A stretch of 59,858 nucleotides of DNA from Pseudobdellovibrionaceae bacterium (GCA_030591685.1 JAUVAX010000013.1:1-59858); one strand, 5' to 3'. Counted from the stretch's first letter, positions 28,175-39,131 are shown. The notes: generated from the sequence alone by a model not told the origin. Numbers and translations are program-made.

Positions 28175-30874
28175 ATGAAAAAGGTCACTCAAAAATATAG
28201 TTTACCCAAAAAGAGTGTTTACTTTTTTTCGGCAAATGAGACAGACGGCCATGCTGGACTTAAAAATATTTTAGGAGGCAAGGGGGCTAACCTGGCCGAG
28301 ATGACGTCGTTAAAACTACCGGTCCCCCCAGGGTTTACGATTTCAACAGAAGTGTGTGATGTGTTTTATAAAAACTCTGAAGTTTTACCAGAGCCTATTA
28401 AAGCAGATATCCTCATGTCTTTAAAAAAAATCGAGAGCTTATTAGGTAAAAAATTTGGAGCAGATAAAAACCCTCTTTTTGTAAGTATACGCTCAGGTGC
28501 GCGCGTGAGTATGCCAGGGATGATGGACACAGTCTTAAACCTAGGGCTCAATGAAAAAACACTACAGGGTTTAATAGAAGAGTCCGGTAACGAACGTTTT
28601 GCATGGGATTCGTACCGGCGATTTATGCAAATGTACTCCAATGTGGTTATGGGTATGAACACCTCGTTTTTAGATATTATTTTAGAGGACCTCAAAGACG
28701 AAAAAGGGTACGAGCAAGATAATGATTTAAGCGTTGAGGATTTAAAAAACTTAACAAAAAAATATAAATCAGAAATTTTACAATCAACAAGCAAAGTCTT
28801 CCCTGAGGACCCCATGGAGCAACTATGGGGAGCTATAAACGCTGTGTTTAAATCGTGGAACACCTCTCGGGCGGTCACTTATCGACAGCTTAACTCTATT
28901 TCCAGTCAGTGGGGCACCGCAGTTAACGTACAGTCCATGGTATTCGGTAATAAGGGCAATGATTGTGCCACGGGGGTGGCATTTACAAGAAACCCGTCAA
29001 ATGGTGAAAAGCATTTTTATGGTGAGTTTTTATTAAACGCTCAGGGTGAAGATGTGGTTGCTGGGATCAGAACACCACAGCCGATCACTAAGTCCGAGGC
29101 GGCGAAAATGGGTCAGGTCTCCCTTGAAGAGTCTATGCCGGGACCCTTTAAACAACTTGTTGAAGTGTATAAAAAATTAGAGGCTCACTACAAAGACATG
29201 CAGGATATAGAGTTTACGATTGAAAAAGAAAAACTATGGATGTTACAAACCAGAACGGGCAAGCGAACAGCAAAGGCGGCGTTAAAAATTGCCTGTGACA
29301 TGTTGGATGAGGGCCTCATCGATGAAGACGAAGCCTTATTAAGAATCGAGCCTCAATCGTTGGATCAACTTTTACACCCCTGTTTAGACCCAAAGGCCGA
29401 AAGAACATTACTCACTAAAGGTTTGCCCGCAAGCCCTGGGGCGGCCATGGGTAAAATAGTATTTTCAAGTGAAGATGCTGTTCGGTTAGAGTCAGATAAT
29501 GTTAAAACAATTTTGGTAAGAGTTGAAACATCTCCGGAGGACATTGAGGGGATGGTTTCAAGTGAGGGGATACTCACCACTCGGGGAGGCATGACTTCAC
29601 ATGCGGCTGTTGTGGCGCGAGGAATGGGTAAAAGCTGTGTGGCCGGGTGTGATGAGGCCGATGTAGATTACTCAAAAAAACAAATGCGCATCAAGGGCTA
29701 TGTGCTTAATGAGGGCGATATTATTACCTTAGATGGTTCGACGGGTGAAGTTTTTCTAGGTGAAGTAAAAACTATTAAAGCCAGCCTAGATGATAACTTT
29801 TCTAGGATTATGCTGTTAGCTGACAAAGCGCGAACACTGAAGGTGCGAGCTAACTCAGACACTCCACATGATGCCGAAGTGGCCAGAAACTTTGGCGCTG
29901 AGGGGATAGGTTTATGCCGTACTGAGCATATGTTTTTCGGTGCAGACCGAATTGATGTTATGCGAGAAATGATAATGTCTGACAGCGAAGAAGAGCGCAA
30001 CGAGGCTTTAGACAGACTCCAACCTATGCAAAAGCAAGATTTTTTAGGTCTATTCACGGCGATGAAGGGGCTGCCGGTGACCATTCGCCTTTTAGACCCC
30101 CCTTTGCATGAATTTTTACCCCATACAGAGCAAGAGGCCATAGATTTATCAAAAAGACTTTCTTGGAACTTGGAGAGTTTAAAACTTAAAGTAAAGTCCC
30201 TTCATGAGTTTAACCCCATGTTGGGGCATAGAGGGTGTCGTTTGGCCATTACCCACCCTGAAATATATAAAATGCAGGCCCTGGCTATTGCAGAGGCCGC
30301 AGTTGAACTTATAAAACAAGGCGACCCCTTGGTGCCAGAAATTATGATCCCTTTGGTGGCGGTGGACGAAGAGTTGAGAGTTTTAAAGCAAGTCGTTGTG
30401 GGGGCTGTTGAGTCGGTGCAGGCCTCGACAGGTGTAAAGTTTGATTATTTAGTGGGGACTATGATTGAGCTCCCTCGTGCAGCACTCACTGCTGATAAGA
30501 TTGCAGTGCATGCTGATTTTTTTAGTTTTGGTACAAATGATTTAACCCAAACAACTCTTGGGGTTTCGAGAGATGATTCTGCCAGGTTTTTAAGCACATA
30601 TGTGGCTGAGGGGATCTTTTCAGAGGACCCTTTTCAAAGTATTGATCAAAATGGCGTGGGGCACCTAGTCAAAACTGCAGTTGAACTTGGACGAAAGGCT
30701 AAGAGCAATATTAAACTTGGTATTTGTGGTGAGCACGGTGGGGATCCAAAAAGTATAGAGTTTTTTCATCTTGCCGGTTTAGATTACATTAGTTGTTCAC
30801 CTTATAGAGTACCCATTGCCAGGCTGGCAGCAGCGCAGGCCAGTGTACGACAGCGGAAGGAACGAGAACATTGA
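28175..30874 (+). CDS. ppdK: pyruvate, phosphate dikinase
   Basis: GGKGANLAEM, SMPGMMDTVLNLG, GGMTSHAAVVARG, GLCRTEHMF, GICGEHGGDP. Confidence 0.98.
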   Translation: MKKVTQKYSLPKKSVYFFSANETDGHAGLKNILGGKGANLAEMTSLKLPVPPGFTISTEVCDVFYKNSEVLPEPIKADILMSLKKIESLLGKKFGADKNPLFVSIRSGARVSMPGMMDTVLNLGLNEKTLQGLIEESGNERFAWDSYRRFMQMYSNVVMGMNTSFLDIILEDLKDEKGYEQDNDLSVEDLKNLTKKYKSEILQSTSKVFPEDPMEQLWGAINAVFKSWNTSRAVTYRQLNSISSQWGTAVNVQSMVFGNKGNDCATGVAFTRNPSNGEKHFYGEFLLNAQGEDVVAGIRTPQPITKSEAAKMGQVSLEESMPGPFKQLVEVYKKLEAHYKDMQDIEFTIEKEKLWMLQTRTGKRTAKAALKIACDMLDEGLIDEDEALLRIEPQSLDQLLHPCLDPKAERTLLTKGLPASPGAAMGKIVFSSEDAVRLESDNVKTILVRVETSPEDIEGMVSSEGILTTRGGMTSHAAVVARGMGKSCVAGCDEADVDYSKKQMRIKGYVLNEGDIITLDGSTGEVFLGEVKTIKASLDDNFSRIMLLADKARTLKVRANSDTPHDAEVARNFGAEGIGLCRTEHMFFGADRIDVMREMIMSDSEEERNEALDRLQPMQKQDFLGLFTAMKGLPVTIRLLDPPLHEFLPHTEQEAIDLSKRLSWNLESLKLKVKSLHEFNPMLGHRGCRLAITHPEIYKMQALAIAEAAVELIKQGDPLVPEIMIPLVAVDEELRVLKQVVVGAVESVQASTGVKFDYLVGTMIELPRAALTADKIAVHADFFSFGTNDLTQTTLGVSRDDSARFLSTYVAEGIFSEDPFQSIDQNGVGHLVKTAVELGRKAKSNIKLGICGEHGGDPKSIEFFHLAGLDYISCSPYRVPIARLAAAQASVRQRKEREH

Positions 30875-33800
30875 GAATTAAAAAATTAGAGCTCTTTGGT
30901 TTTAAGTCATTTAAAGACAGAACAGTCATCGAATTTGACCCCGGGATGACCGGCATAGTTGGTCCTAACGGCTGTGGTAAATCTAATATAGTAGATGCCC
31001 TTGTTTGGGTCATGGGGGAGATGAGCGCTAAGCATCTGCGTGGGACCTCGATGTCAGATGTTATATTTGCAGGGGCCGAAGGGTTTGCCCCTATGGGTAT
31101 GGCAGAGGTCTCTTTGGTTTTAGAAAACGATGGAGGCCCCTTTCCGGCCAAGTACCATAAACACTCAGAGGTGATGATCACAAGACGGCTCCACCGCACA
31201 GGTGAGTCGGAGTACTTGATAAATAAAGAGTCCTGTCGTCTGAGAGATATTCAAGAAATATTTATGGACACAGGGGCTGGAGCAAAAGGCTTTTCTATTA
31301 TTGAGCAAGGGGCTATTGGTAAAATCATCACAGCTAAGCCTAAGGACCGCCGGTCTTTAATTGAAGAGGCCGCTGGAATTACTAAATTTAAAGTGAGAAA
31401 ACGTGAGTCTCAAAGAAAGCTGCAGTCAACAGATCAAAACCTGGTTCGTTTGCAAGATATTATAGGTGAGCAAAAGCGACAACTGGGGAGCTTAGAGAGG
31501 CAAGCGCAAAGGGCAGAGAGATATCGTAAATTAAAAACTCAAATTCAAGAAAAAGACATGTTCGTGTCGTCAAAAAGTTATTTAGAGCTTTCTGATAAAA
31601 TTTCTGAGGCTCAAAAAATATATGATGTGGCGAGCGAAAGTGAAGTGGGCACAACGAGTGACATTGGTCAGCTTGAAAGCTCTTTAGAACAGTTAAAACT
31701 ACACGTGATTGAAAAAGAAAAACATGTTGAAGAGATGCAAACCAAAAACGAAAGTGAGCAAGTAAAAGTTCAAGAAATAGAGTTTGAGCTTAGAGAACTT
31801 CGTTTTGAAATAGAGCAGGCTCGTAGAGATAAAGAAAAAACAGGAACAATCCTAGAGCAATACCAAGTGCGAAAAATAGCTTTAGATAATGATAAAGCAC
31901 AGATTGAGGGAAAGCTCCTTACGGTAAAAGACGTTGCCGATAAGCTGACTCAGGATTACGAAGAAAAAAATGATTTCTTTAACAACATCAACGAGCGTGC
32001 CGCACAGGCGGACATAGAACTGACTGAAAAAAGAAAAGAGCTCTTAACCATCACGCAGGCAGAAAGCCATTTAGAGGCTCAGATATCATCAAAAGAAACT
32101 GTTTTAGAAGAGCTAAGGTCTCGCTTTGAGCAATCCGGAGAAGTGCTTTTAGAGCTGAAACAAAAAAACGTAGAGTTTGAAGAGCATAGAAACAAAGTAT
32201 TTAGAAAACTTGAGGGCCAAAAGCAAATGCAGTTAGGCTGCATGAATGACGTTGAAGTTTATGTAGAAAATTTAGCCATTTTAGAAGCTTCAAAGGCTGT
32301 GAAAGATGAGGAAGTTGAGAGATTCAAAGAAAAACTCGGAGAAGTCTCGGGTAAACTTTATGGCCTTGAAAATTTACGTTCAAATTTTGAAGGATTTGAC
32401 CAGGGAGTAAAAAGCATTATGCTCTGGCAGCGAGAAAAGCAAGAGCAACATGCTGATGGACGGGTCAGCTTTCAGCCGGTATCAGATGTTGTTGAGGTCC
32501 CTCAAAAATTTGAACATGCTATGGAGGCCGCTTTAGGTACAAAACTTCAGCTTCTTCTTTCAGACAGCGGTGAGGAGAGCCTCACAGCTGTGGACTACCT
32601 TAAAGAAAAAAACCTAGGTCGCTCCAGTTTTTTTGCAAAGGATTTTTCTGGCATAAGCTCCTCGCCCTCTGATAACGAAGCGCTGAAAGCTCAAAGCGGG
32701 GTAGAATCTTTGCTCGTTGACGTAGTAAAGGCCCCTGTTGAGTACCAAAAACAAGTGACATGGTTTTTAAAAGATATAGTTGTTGTAGACAACATAAGAA
32801 CAGCGCTAAGAATGCGCTCTCAGTATGCAGACCGTACATTTGTAACCTTAGAGGGCGACACTCTGTCGCCTGAAGGGGTTTTAACCGGCGGAGCTGGAGA
32901 GAGTGCTCAAAGTGGTGTTTTGAAAAGAAAAAGAGAAATCAAAGAGTTTTCACAAAAAAGAGAAGAGTGGGCTGGTAAGTTGTCTTTAGCGCAAGCCTCA
33001 TTAGAAAAACTAAAGGGTCAAATAAAATCTTTAAGAGCCGATTTAGAGCTGGCAAAAAAGAAAAACTCAGAGCAAGAAATTTTAGTTGTAGAGCTAACAA
33101 AAGATTTAGAGCGATCTGAAAATGAACTTTCAAACGCCATGACGGCCGTTGATAAACAAAACAAAGAACTGGAAGGTTTAGAGACACAGGTTGTGGCCGC
33201 AGAGGAAAACATAGCTGAGCTAAAAAATCACCTCATAGAGCTTAAAGAGCAAAAGTTTGATGTGGTGACTCGGGTGGATCAACTGACCGAGGACTTGCGT
33301 TTAGCTCGAGATGGAGTTGATGAGCTTCAGCAAAATGTGACTCAGTTAAAGGTAGAGAGCGCCTCTAAAAACCAAGAGCTAGAGGGGCTTTATTCGCAAC
33401 TAGAGATGTTAAATCGCTCTCTTTTAGTGGTGGATTCTGAGTTAGGTAATATGTCCGATGAGTCTTTAAAAAGTGACGAGTCACTATCTTCAAACTCATG
33501 TCTTGTAGAGCAAAAGCAAGTAGAGCTTGAAGGGCGTATTCAGGGCACTCAGGAGAGTCAAAAAGTACTTTCTTTAGCTACTGATGAGTACGAACGCACT
33601 TACGAGCAAACCAGAGAGGTTGAAGAAAAAGTGACCTCTCAACAACGGGCCCTGAATGAACACAAATCTAGGATTAATGAATCGCAGTTAAAGCTTGAAC
33701 AGCTAAAAATGAAAGAGCAGTATTTATTTGAACAAATCAGAGAGCGTTATATGTTAGACCTTTCTGAGGTGGCTCATCAGTATGCAGACAACGAGGGAGA

Positions 33801-34470
33801 AGTGAGCCTCATAGAGGTAGAGCTTGAGGAGCTTAAGAGAAAAATCTCTAAGGTCGGTGAGGTTAACTTATCTGCTATTAGTGAATATGATGAGCTTTCT
33901 GAGAGATATCAATTTTTATCACAACAGCTCTCTGACCTTAACGAAGCCAAAGACCAACTTCGCAAGGTGATTGATAGAATTAACAGGATTTGCTCACGAC
34001 GATTTAAAGAAACCTTTGAGCTTGTTAACGAGCGTTTTCAAAAAGTATTCCCTGTTCTTTTTGGTGGTGGTGAAGCGCGACTTATACTTGTTGAAGATGA
34101 AGAAAAGGGTGAAATGGGGATTGATATTGTGGCCAAACCCCCAGGTAAAAAGCCTCAGACGGTTGGGCTTCTAAGTGGCGGCGAAAAGGCTTTAACGGCT
34201 GTGTCATTGATTTTTTCTATATTTTTAGTGAAACCTTCACCATTTTGCCTGTTAGATGAGGTTGATGCCCCTCTTGATGATGCTAATGTGATTCGTTTTA
34301 ACGACTTAGTTAGAGAGATGGCAAAGAGGTCTCAAATTATTGTGGTCACCCATAATAAGCACACAATGAAGGTGAATAATAAACTATACGGAGTCACTCA
34401 AGAGGATAAGGGCGTTAGCCGTATGGTGAGTGTCGACATTGAAAAAGCTAGAGAAGTGGCTAGAGTTTAA
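30871..34470 (+). CDS. smc: chromosome segregation protein SMC
   Basis: GPNGCGKSN Walker A, coiled coils, hinge, LSGGEK signature, LLDEVDAPLD; TTG start overlaps the ppdK stop. Confidence 0.97.
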   Translation: MRIKKLELFGFKSFKDRTVIEFDPGMTGIVGPNGCGKSNIVDALVWVMGEMSAKHLRGTSMSDVIFAGAEGFAPMGMAEVSLVLENDGGPFPAKYHKHSEVMITRRLHRTGESEYLINKESCRLRDIQEIFMDTGAGAKGFSIIEQGAIGKIITAKPKDRRSLIEEAAGITKFKVRKRESQRKLQSTDQNLVRLQDIIGEQKRQLGSLERQAQRAERYRKLKTQIQEKDMFVSSKSYLELSDKISEAQKIYDVASESEVGTTSDIGQLESSLEQLKLHVIEKEKHVEEMQTKNESEQVKVQEIEFELRELRFEIEQARRDKEKTGTILEQYQVRKIALDNDKAQIEGKLLTVKDVADKLTQDYEEKNDFFNNINERAAQADIELTEKRKELLTITQAESHLEAQISSKETVLEELRSRFEQSGEVLLELKQKNVEFEEHRNKVFRKLEGQKQMQLGCMNDVEVYVENLAILEASKAVKDEEVERFKEKLGEVSGKLYGLENLRSNFEGFDQGVKSIMLWQREKQEQHADGRVSFQPVSDVVEVPQKFEHAMEAALGTKLQLLLSDSGEESLTAVDYLKEKNLGRSSFFAKDFSGISSSPSDNEALKAQSGVESLLVDVVKAPVEYQKQVTWFLKDIVVVDNIRTALRMRSQYADRTFVTLEGDTLSPEGVLTGGAGESAQSGVLKRKREIKEFSQKREEWAGKLSLAQASLEKLKGQIKSLRADLELAKKKNSEQEILVVELTKDLERSENELSNAMTAVDKQNKELEGLETQVVAAEENIAELKNHLIELKEQKFDVVTRVDQLTEDLRLARDGVDELQQNVTQLKVESASKNQELEGLYSQLEMLNRSLLVVDSELGNMSDESLKSDESLSSNSCLVEQKQVELEGRIQGTQESQKVLSLATDEYERTYEQTREVEEKVTSQQRALNEHKSRINESQLKLEQLKMKEQYLFEQIRERYMLDLSEVAHQYADNEGEVSLIEVELEELKRKISKVGEVNLSAISEYDELSERYQFLSQQLSDLNEAKDQLRKVIDRINRICSRRFKETFELVNERFQKVFPVLFGGGEARLILVEDEEKGEMGIDIVAKPPGKKPQTVGLLSGGEKALTAVSLIFSIFLVKPSPFCLLDEVDAPLDDANVIRFNDLVREMAKRSQIIVVTHNKHTMKVNNKLYGVTQEDKGVSRMVSVDIEKAREVARV

Positions 34471-34496
34471 TATTACTAGATATTTTTTATGTAATG

Positions 34497-34527
34497 AGCC
34501 TTTTTCTTTTGAGAAGGGCTTTTTTTA
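34497..34527 (+). terminator. rho-independent terminator after smc
   Basis: AGCCTTTTTC-tttt-GAGAAGGGCT followed by a T-run. Confidence 0.7.
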
Positions 34528-34590
34528 TAGTAAGCCATTAATATTGAGGTTTTTAACTGTAAATCAAAAAAGCCTTTTAAGGGTGACTTA

Positions 34591-34746
34591 ATGAGTGAGT
34601 TCTATGAGTGGATTTTATATGTTGTAGTTTTTTTTATTGGTATTTTTGCGACATTGGCCTACTGGGTAGCAAGATATTATTTTAAAACTGACGATGAAGA
34701 GGCGCAATTAAAATGGACCTCAAAGAAAGAGAAAAAAAATAAGTAG
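34591..34746 (+). CDS. small single-TM protein (51 aa)
   Basis: Hand translation MSEFYEWILYVVVFFIGIFATLAYWVARYYFKTDDEEAQLKWTSKKEKKNK; AAGGGTG RBS; below the ORF-track cutoff. Confidence 0.6.
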   Translation: MSEFYEWILYVVVFFIGIFATLAYWVARYYFKTDDEEAQLKWTSKKEKKNK

Positions 34747-34818
34747 AGCCCTTACTTTTTTAAAAAAAAGTTTGAGAGGGACCTAATAGAAAATAAAATT
34801 TAAAAAACAGAGGTATAA

Positions 34819-36027
34819 GTGTTGGACTGGTTGGATCTTGAAATTTTAGAAAAATCATCGATGTGGATGATTTCAGTGGCTGTATTGCTTACAGTATTAT
34901 TTTTTTATGTTCGAAAGGTATTTTTACTTAGCGATAAGGAACCAGAAATCCCTCAGGGTGAACTTGAGGATTCAAAAGAGGACGTTGAAGAAGAGCCTCT
35001 TGATGAAGAGCCTCTTGATGAAGAGCCTCTTGAGTTGTCGTCATCCGCGGCCCCAGGTGACAGTAAAGAAAATTATGTTGAACAGCGGCCTGTTAGTTCA
35101 GTTAATCTTAAAGAGGCTCTTTCTAATACGCGATCAAATTTATTTGGACGAATAAAAAATGTGTTTTCATCTTCAAGTGGAAACTCTGATGAGGACTTAG
35201 AGGCTTTAGAGGAGGTTCTTTATACAAGCGACCTTGGAGCTAGTACGGTGCAAAAGCTAATGGAGGGTATGACTGAAAAACTAAACTCTCAAGAACAAAA
35301 AGATTTTGAAAAAGTACGATTAGCTTTAAAACATGAGATGCTTGAAATATTTGCACACATGAGCGTCGAGGAGGGGCTTGAAGAACCAAGGCTCTTTGCC
35401 CCTATAGAAGCCGAAAAAAAACCACTCGTGTGGATGATCGTGGGTGTTAACGGGGCTGGCAAGACAACAACTATTGGCAAGCTCTCTCATAAGGCTTCAA
35501 GTCAGGGGCAAAAAGTAATGGTTGTGGCCGGTGATACATTTAGGGCTGCCGCTGGTGACCAATTGCAGGTATGGGCTGAGAGGGCGCAAGTGGATATATT
35601 TTCGCCAGATGGTGTTTCAGACCCTAGTGCTGTGGTTTATGATGGCTATCAAAAAGCAAAGGCTCAAGGCTATGATCTTGTCATTGTTGATACCGCCGGA
35701 CGGTTACACACCCAGGATAACCTTATGGAGGAGCTCAAAAAAATGAAGCGTGTTTTACAAAAACTAAACCCTGAGGCTCCTCATGAGGTTTTAATTGTTT
35801 TAGACTCAAACTCAGGTCAAAACGCACTCATGCAGGCTGAAAAATTTAATGAGGCTTTAGGGCTTACAGGCGCTATTCTCACAAAGCTTGATGGGTCCGC
35901 TAAGGGTGGAGTCGCCGTAGGTTTGGCCAGTCAGTATAAGTTGCCCATCAAAGTTATAGGGGTTGGCGAGGGAGTTGCGGACTTGAGACCTTTTAACTCT
36001 ATTGAGTTTGTCGACTCGATTCTATAA
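34819..36027 (+). CDS. ftsY: signal recognition particle receptor FtsY with N-terminal TM
   Basis: GVNGAGKTTTIGK, DTFRAAA, DTAGR, TKLDGSAKGG. Confidence 0.96.
   Translation: MLDWLDLEILEKSSMWMISVAVLLTVLFFYVRKVFLLSDKEPEIPQGELEDSKEDVEEEPLDEEPLDEEPLELSSSAAPGDSKENYVEQRPVSSVNLKEALSNTRSNLFGRIKNVFSSSSGNSDEDLEALEEVLYTSDLGASTVQKLMEGMTEKLNSQEQKDFEKVRLALKHEMLEIFAHMSVEEGLEEPRLFAPIEAEKKPLVWMIVGVNGAGKTTTIGKLSHKASSQGQKVMVVAGDTFRAAAGDQLQVWAERAQVDIFSPDGVSDPSAVVYDGYQKAKAQGYDLVIVDTAGRLHTQDNLMEELKKMKRVLQKLNPEAPHEVLIVLDSNSGQNALMQAEKFNEALGLTGAILTKLDGSAKGGVAVGLASQYKLPIKVIGVGEGVADLRPFNSIEFVDSIL
34990..35034 (+). repeat. 15-bp coding tandem repeat x3 (EEPLD)
   Basis: gaagagcctcttgat repeated in the acidic domain of FtsY. 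Confidence 0.9.
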
Positions 36028-36283
36028 ATGAATCAACCTGGCAGGGGTTGGTTTTAATGAGAGCCCTCAAGGGCGCTTGAAATCAGTATGTAAAAATTAA
36101 TTTACTTTATAGTTAGATTTTGACTATAAAACAATAAAAATGAGTTAAATTGTTGATGTCGTTTTATTTTAAAGATGTCGGACAAAAGGCTGGCATTAGG
36201 GGTTGTTATTATTGCCTGAGGCGAGCTAATATTGACTGTCGTCGAGTCACGAACGTGTTAATTTTTACCGATAAGTCTTTGAT

Positions 36284-37894
36284 ATGTATGAAATTCATTC
36301 TTCTTTTATTTATACCTTAGGTGGTATTTCATTATTTATGTTTGGTATGAGCTTTGCCAGTGAAAACCTGCAAAAGCTTATGGCCAACCGTATGCGCGAT
36401 TTAATGTCTAAATTATCTAATCGCCCTTTTTATGGGGTGATTGTGGGCATGGCCTTAACGTTTATGATTCAGAGTTCAGGAGCTGTGACTTCGATGCTTG
36501 TGGGGCTTGGGTCATCGGGGGTGATCACGCTCCGGCAGGTAATGAGCGTTATTTTGGGGACAGCGATAGGCACGACATTTACCGTACAACTATTGAGTTT
36601 AAATATTGTTCAGTATGGGATGGCTATATTTTCGTTTAGTTTTGTGGTGTATTTTTTAAGTAAAAAAAGGGGTGTTAAGCAAACCATGGCTGTCGTTATG
36701 GGTTTTGGTATGATTTTTTGGGGCTTAGAGTTGATTTCAACAGGAACGATGGTGCTAAAAAATATTGATTACTTTAAAAGTGCCTTAGAAATTTTAAATG
36801 AAAACCCTTTATACTCTATTTTATTAACAGCATTTTTTACGGCCATTGTGCATAGCTCGGCAGTAACAATAGGTTTTGCGATGAGTTTGGCCTCAACAGG
36901 CATGATAGACCTATCAACAGCTATTTACTGGGTTTATGGGGCTAACATTGGGACCACCGCCACAGCACTTTTAGCGGCCACGGGCGGTAATTATGTAGGT
37001 CGGCAGGTGGCATGGGCCCATTTCTTTTACAAGGTGATAAGCGTTTTAATCTTTTATGTATTTACGGACTTATTTGCTCAACTCATGTCTACGGGCTTAA
37101 TCGCTCGCGATATTGCGAACTCTCACACTGTATTTAACGTTGCGGCGGCTATAATATTTTTACCGTTTGTAAAGTGGGGGTCTATAGCGATTGAAAAGCT
37201 ATTTCCGGCCTCCTCTTCAGAGAAGGAGTTTGGTGTTAAGTTTCTAGATCGAGGTGTTTTTGACTCTTCGTCAGTAGCGTTAGCAAATGTAGAGCGCGAA
37301 CTACTGAGGATGGGTGATATTGTTGCCCTAATGGTTAAGGATTCTATTGATTTATTTAAGGACGAGGACCTTGATTTAATTGAAAGCATCAAAGAACGAG
37401 ATACAAAGGTGGATATTTTAAATAAAGAAATAAATCTTTATTTAGCAGACCTAATTGACCATAGTGATGCTGGCGATACAAAGCGCATGTTAAGGATTAT
37501 GACTTTTGCCTCAGACTTAGAAAGTGCTGCGGATGTTATAGATAACAGTATACTGGAGCTCTCAAAGAAAAAGCATTTTTTAAAAGTAGAGTTTTCAAAA
37601 TCAGGTTGGGAGGAAATGCATACTTTGCATGCTGAGGTCTCACGCCTTATCCCCATGGCTTTAAGTTGCTTTCAGTTACAAAACAAAGAGTTGGCTGAAA
37701 AAATAATTGAGAGCAAAAGAAACATAAGAGTTCTAGAAAAGCGCTTTAAAGAATCGCATATGCGGCGCTTGGTGGCGGGTAAAAAAGCATCAATTAATAC
37801 AAGCTCTATACACCTAGATGCGTTAAACGATTACCGCAGAATTGCAGGGCTTGTGAGTAATTATATTTACCATGTCAGAAAGACGGGACGTTAG
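36284..37894 (+). CDS. Na+/Pi cotransporter family protein with C-terminal PhoU-like domains
   Basis: IQSSGAVT and VHSSAVT repeats, GANIGTT, helical C-terminus. Confidence 0.9.
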   Translation: MYEIHSSFIYTLGGISLFMFGMSFASENLQKLMANRMRDLMSKLSNRPFYGVIVGMALTFMIQSSGAVTSMLVGLGSSGVITLRQVMSVILGTAIGTTFTVQLLSLNIVQYGMAIFSFSFVVYFLSKKRGVKQTMAVVMGFGMIFWGLELISTGTMVLKNIDYFKSALEILNENPLYSILLTAFFTAIVHSSAVTIGFAMSLASTGMIDLSTAIYWVYGANIGTTATALLAATGGNYVGRQVAWAHFFYKVISVLIFYVFTDLFAQLMSTGLIARDIANSHTVFNVAAAIIFLPFVKWGSIAIEKLFPASSSEKEFGVKFLDRGVFDSSSVALANVERELLRMGDIVALMVKDSIDLFKDEDLDLIESIKERDTKVDILNKEINLYLADLIDHSDAGDTKRMLRIMTFASDLESAADVIDNSILELSKKKHFLKVEFSKSGWEEMHTLHAEVSRLIPMALSCFQLQNKELAEKIIESKRNIRVLEKRFKESHMRRLVAGKKASINTSSIHLDALNDYRRIAGLVSNYIYHVRKTGR

Positions 37895-38179
37895 ACTGCC
37901 TTATTTATAAGCATAAGGCGGTGCAGAACAAAATATTTAACAGATAATACAACTCATAAATAACTCACTATATCAAGACCCCCTTATGTATAGTTGGGGT
38001 CAAAGAGCATGCTTAGGCCTTTAAAGGGCAATACTTGGGTGTTAAATGGTAGCGCAGGTCAGTGTTGCGCGGCAGCAAGAGGTTTACGAAGGGCCTTAAG
38101 TTGACGGTGTAAGTAACTTATAATATTAATATAAACAGTATAGTTATGTAAAATTTGAGTCATTATAAGAGTAGTTGAT

Positions 38180-38497
38180 ATGGTTATAGAAGATGAAAAG
38201 AAGGTTTATGAAGTAAAAATAGCGGGGCGTAGTGTTCGATTAAGATCCTCACACGGTGAGGACTTAGTGATGGAGTTAGCGGATTTTGTTTCTAAAAACA
38301 TTGAACAATCTAAAAAAATAAACCCGAATGCTTCGTTTCAGAACGTATTATTTTTAGCCTGCCTTCATTTATCCGAAGAGTTGGCACTGACTAAAAAAGA
38401 AGTACGCACCCAACTTTCTGATATTAAATCTGAAGCCCTTCAACTACTCACTGATATAGAGGCCTCGCCTTTAAATCAAAACACATTAGATCTTTAA
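38180..38497 (+). CDS. zapA: cell division protein ZapA
   Basis: YEVKIAGRSVRL...LADFV...LACLHLSEEL; lies upstream of ygfA. Confidence 0.85.
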   Translation: MVIEDEKKVYEVKIAGRSVRLRSSHGEDLVMELADFVSKNIEQSKKINPNASFQNVLFLACLHLSEELALTKKEVRTQLSDIKSEALQLLTDIEASPLNQNTLDL

Positions 38498-38544
38498 AAA
38501 TCGTTTTTGATTTTAAAAGATCTAAGTAAATTAAGTGAGTTTTT

Positions 38545-39111
38545 GTGGAAGAAGTAGTAGTAAAAAAACAACATATTAGAAGCCATTATTTAGAGCAAAG
38601 AAGGCTTTTTGCTCTAAATAAAGAGACAAAGACGACAGCTGAGTCTGAGCTTTTAAAGTTCTTATTAAAAGTAATCACTAAAGATATGAGTACGATAGCC
38701 ATTTATAACTCTTATGGTTCAGAAGTGTGCGTGCAAGCGCTTGTCGAGAATTTAAGTGATAAGACGTGGGTTTACCCCCGTGTTGAGGGCGAGAGTTTGG
38801 CCTTTTACAAAAGCCCTGAGGGTGAGTTTGAGAAAAGCTCACTGGGCGTTGATGAGCCTCTTTTAGATGAAACCCAAAAAGTAGAGCTTGATTCTGTAGA
38901 TGCTGTCTTGATCCCAGGAGTGGCTTTTGACCATTTGGGGCTAAGGCTTGGCACAGGCAAGGGTTTTTATGACCGGGCTTTGCGGCAATATAAGGGCCTA
39001 AAAATTGGTGTGGCTTTTTCAGCTCAGCTCAGCCAAGAGGCCTTACCGTCTGAAGGGCATGATATTAAAGTTGAATATTTAGTTACCGAAAATTTTATTT
39101 TAAAAGTTTAA
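38545..39111 (+). CDS. ygfA: 5-formyltetrahydrofolate cyclo-ligase
   Basis: IPGVAFD..GLRLGTGKGFYDR; HDI. Confidence 0.93.
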   Translation: MEEVVVKKQHIRSHYLEQRRLFALNKETKTTAESELLKFLLKVITKDMSTIAIYNSYGSEVCVQALVENLSDKTWVYPRVEGESLAFYKSPEGEFEKSSLGVDEPLLDETQKVELDSVDAVLIPGVAFDHLGLRLGTGKGFYDRALRQYKGLKIGVAFSAQLSQEALPSEGHDIKVEYLVTENFILKV

Positions 39112-39131
39112 TTGAAAATAGGAGTTAAAAA

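Noticed and set aside
28366..31199. Several antisense ORFs of 75-170 aa within ppdK and smc (and similar ones in other core genes)
   Set aside because: Opposite-strand shadows of well-supported conserved genes
37895..38179. Candidate relocated 6S RNA upstream of zapA
   Set aside because: Only short local hairpins seen; no long rod with a central bubble identifiable by eye
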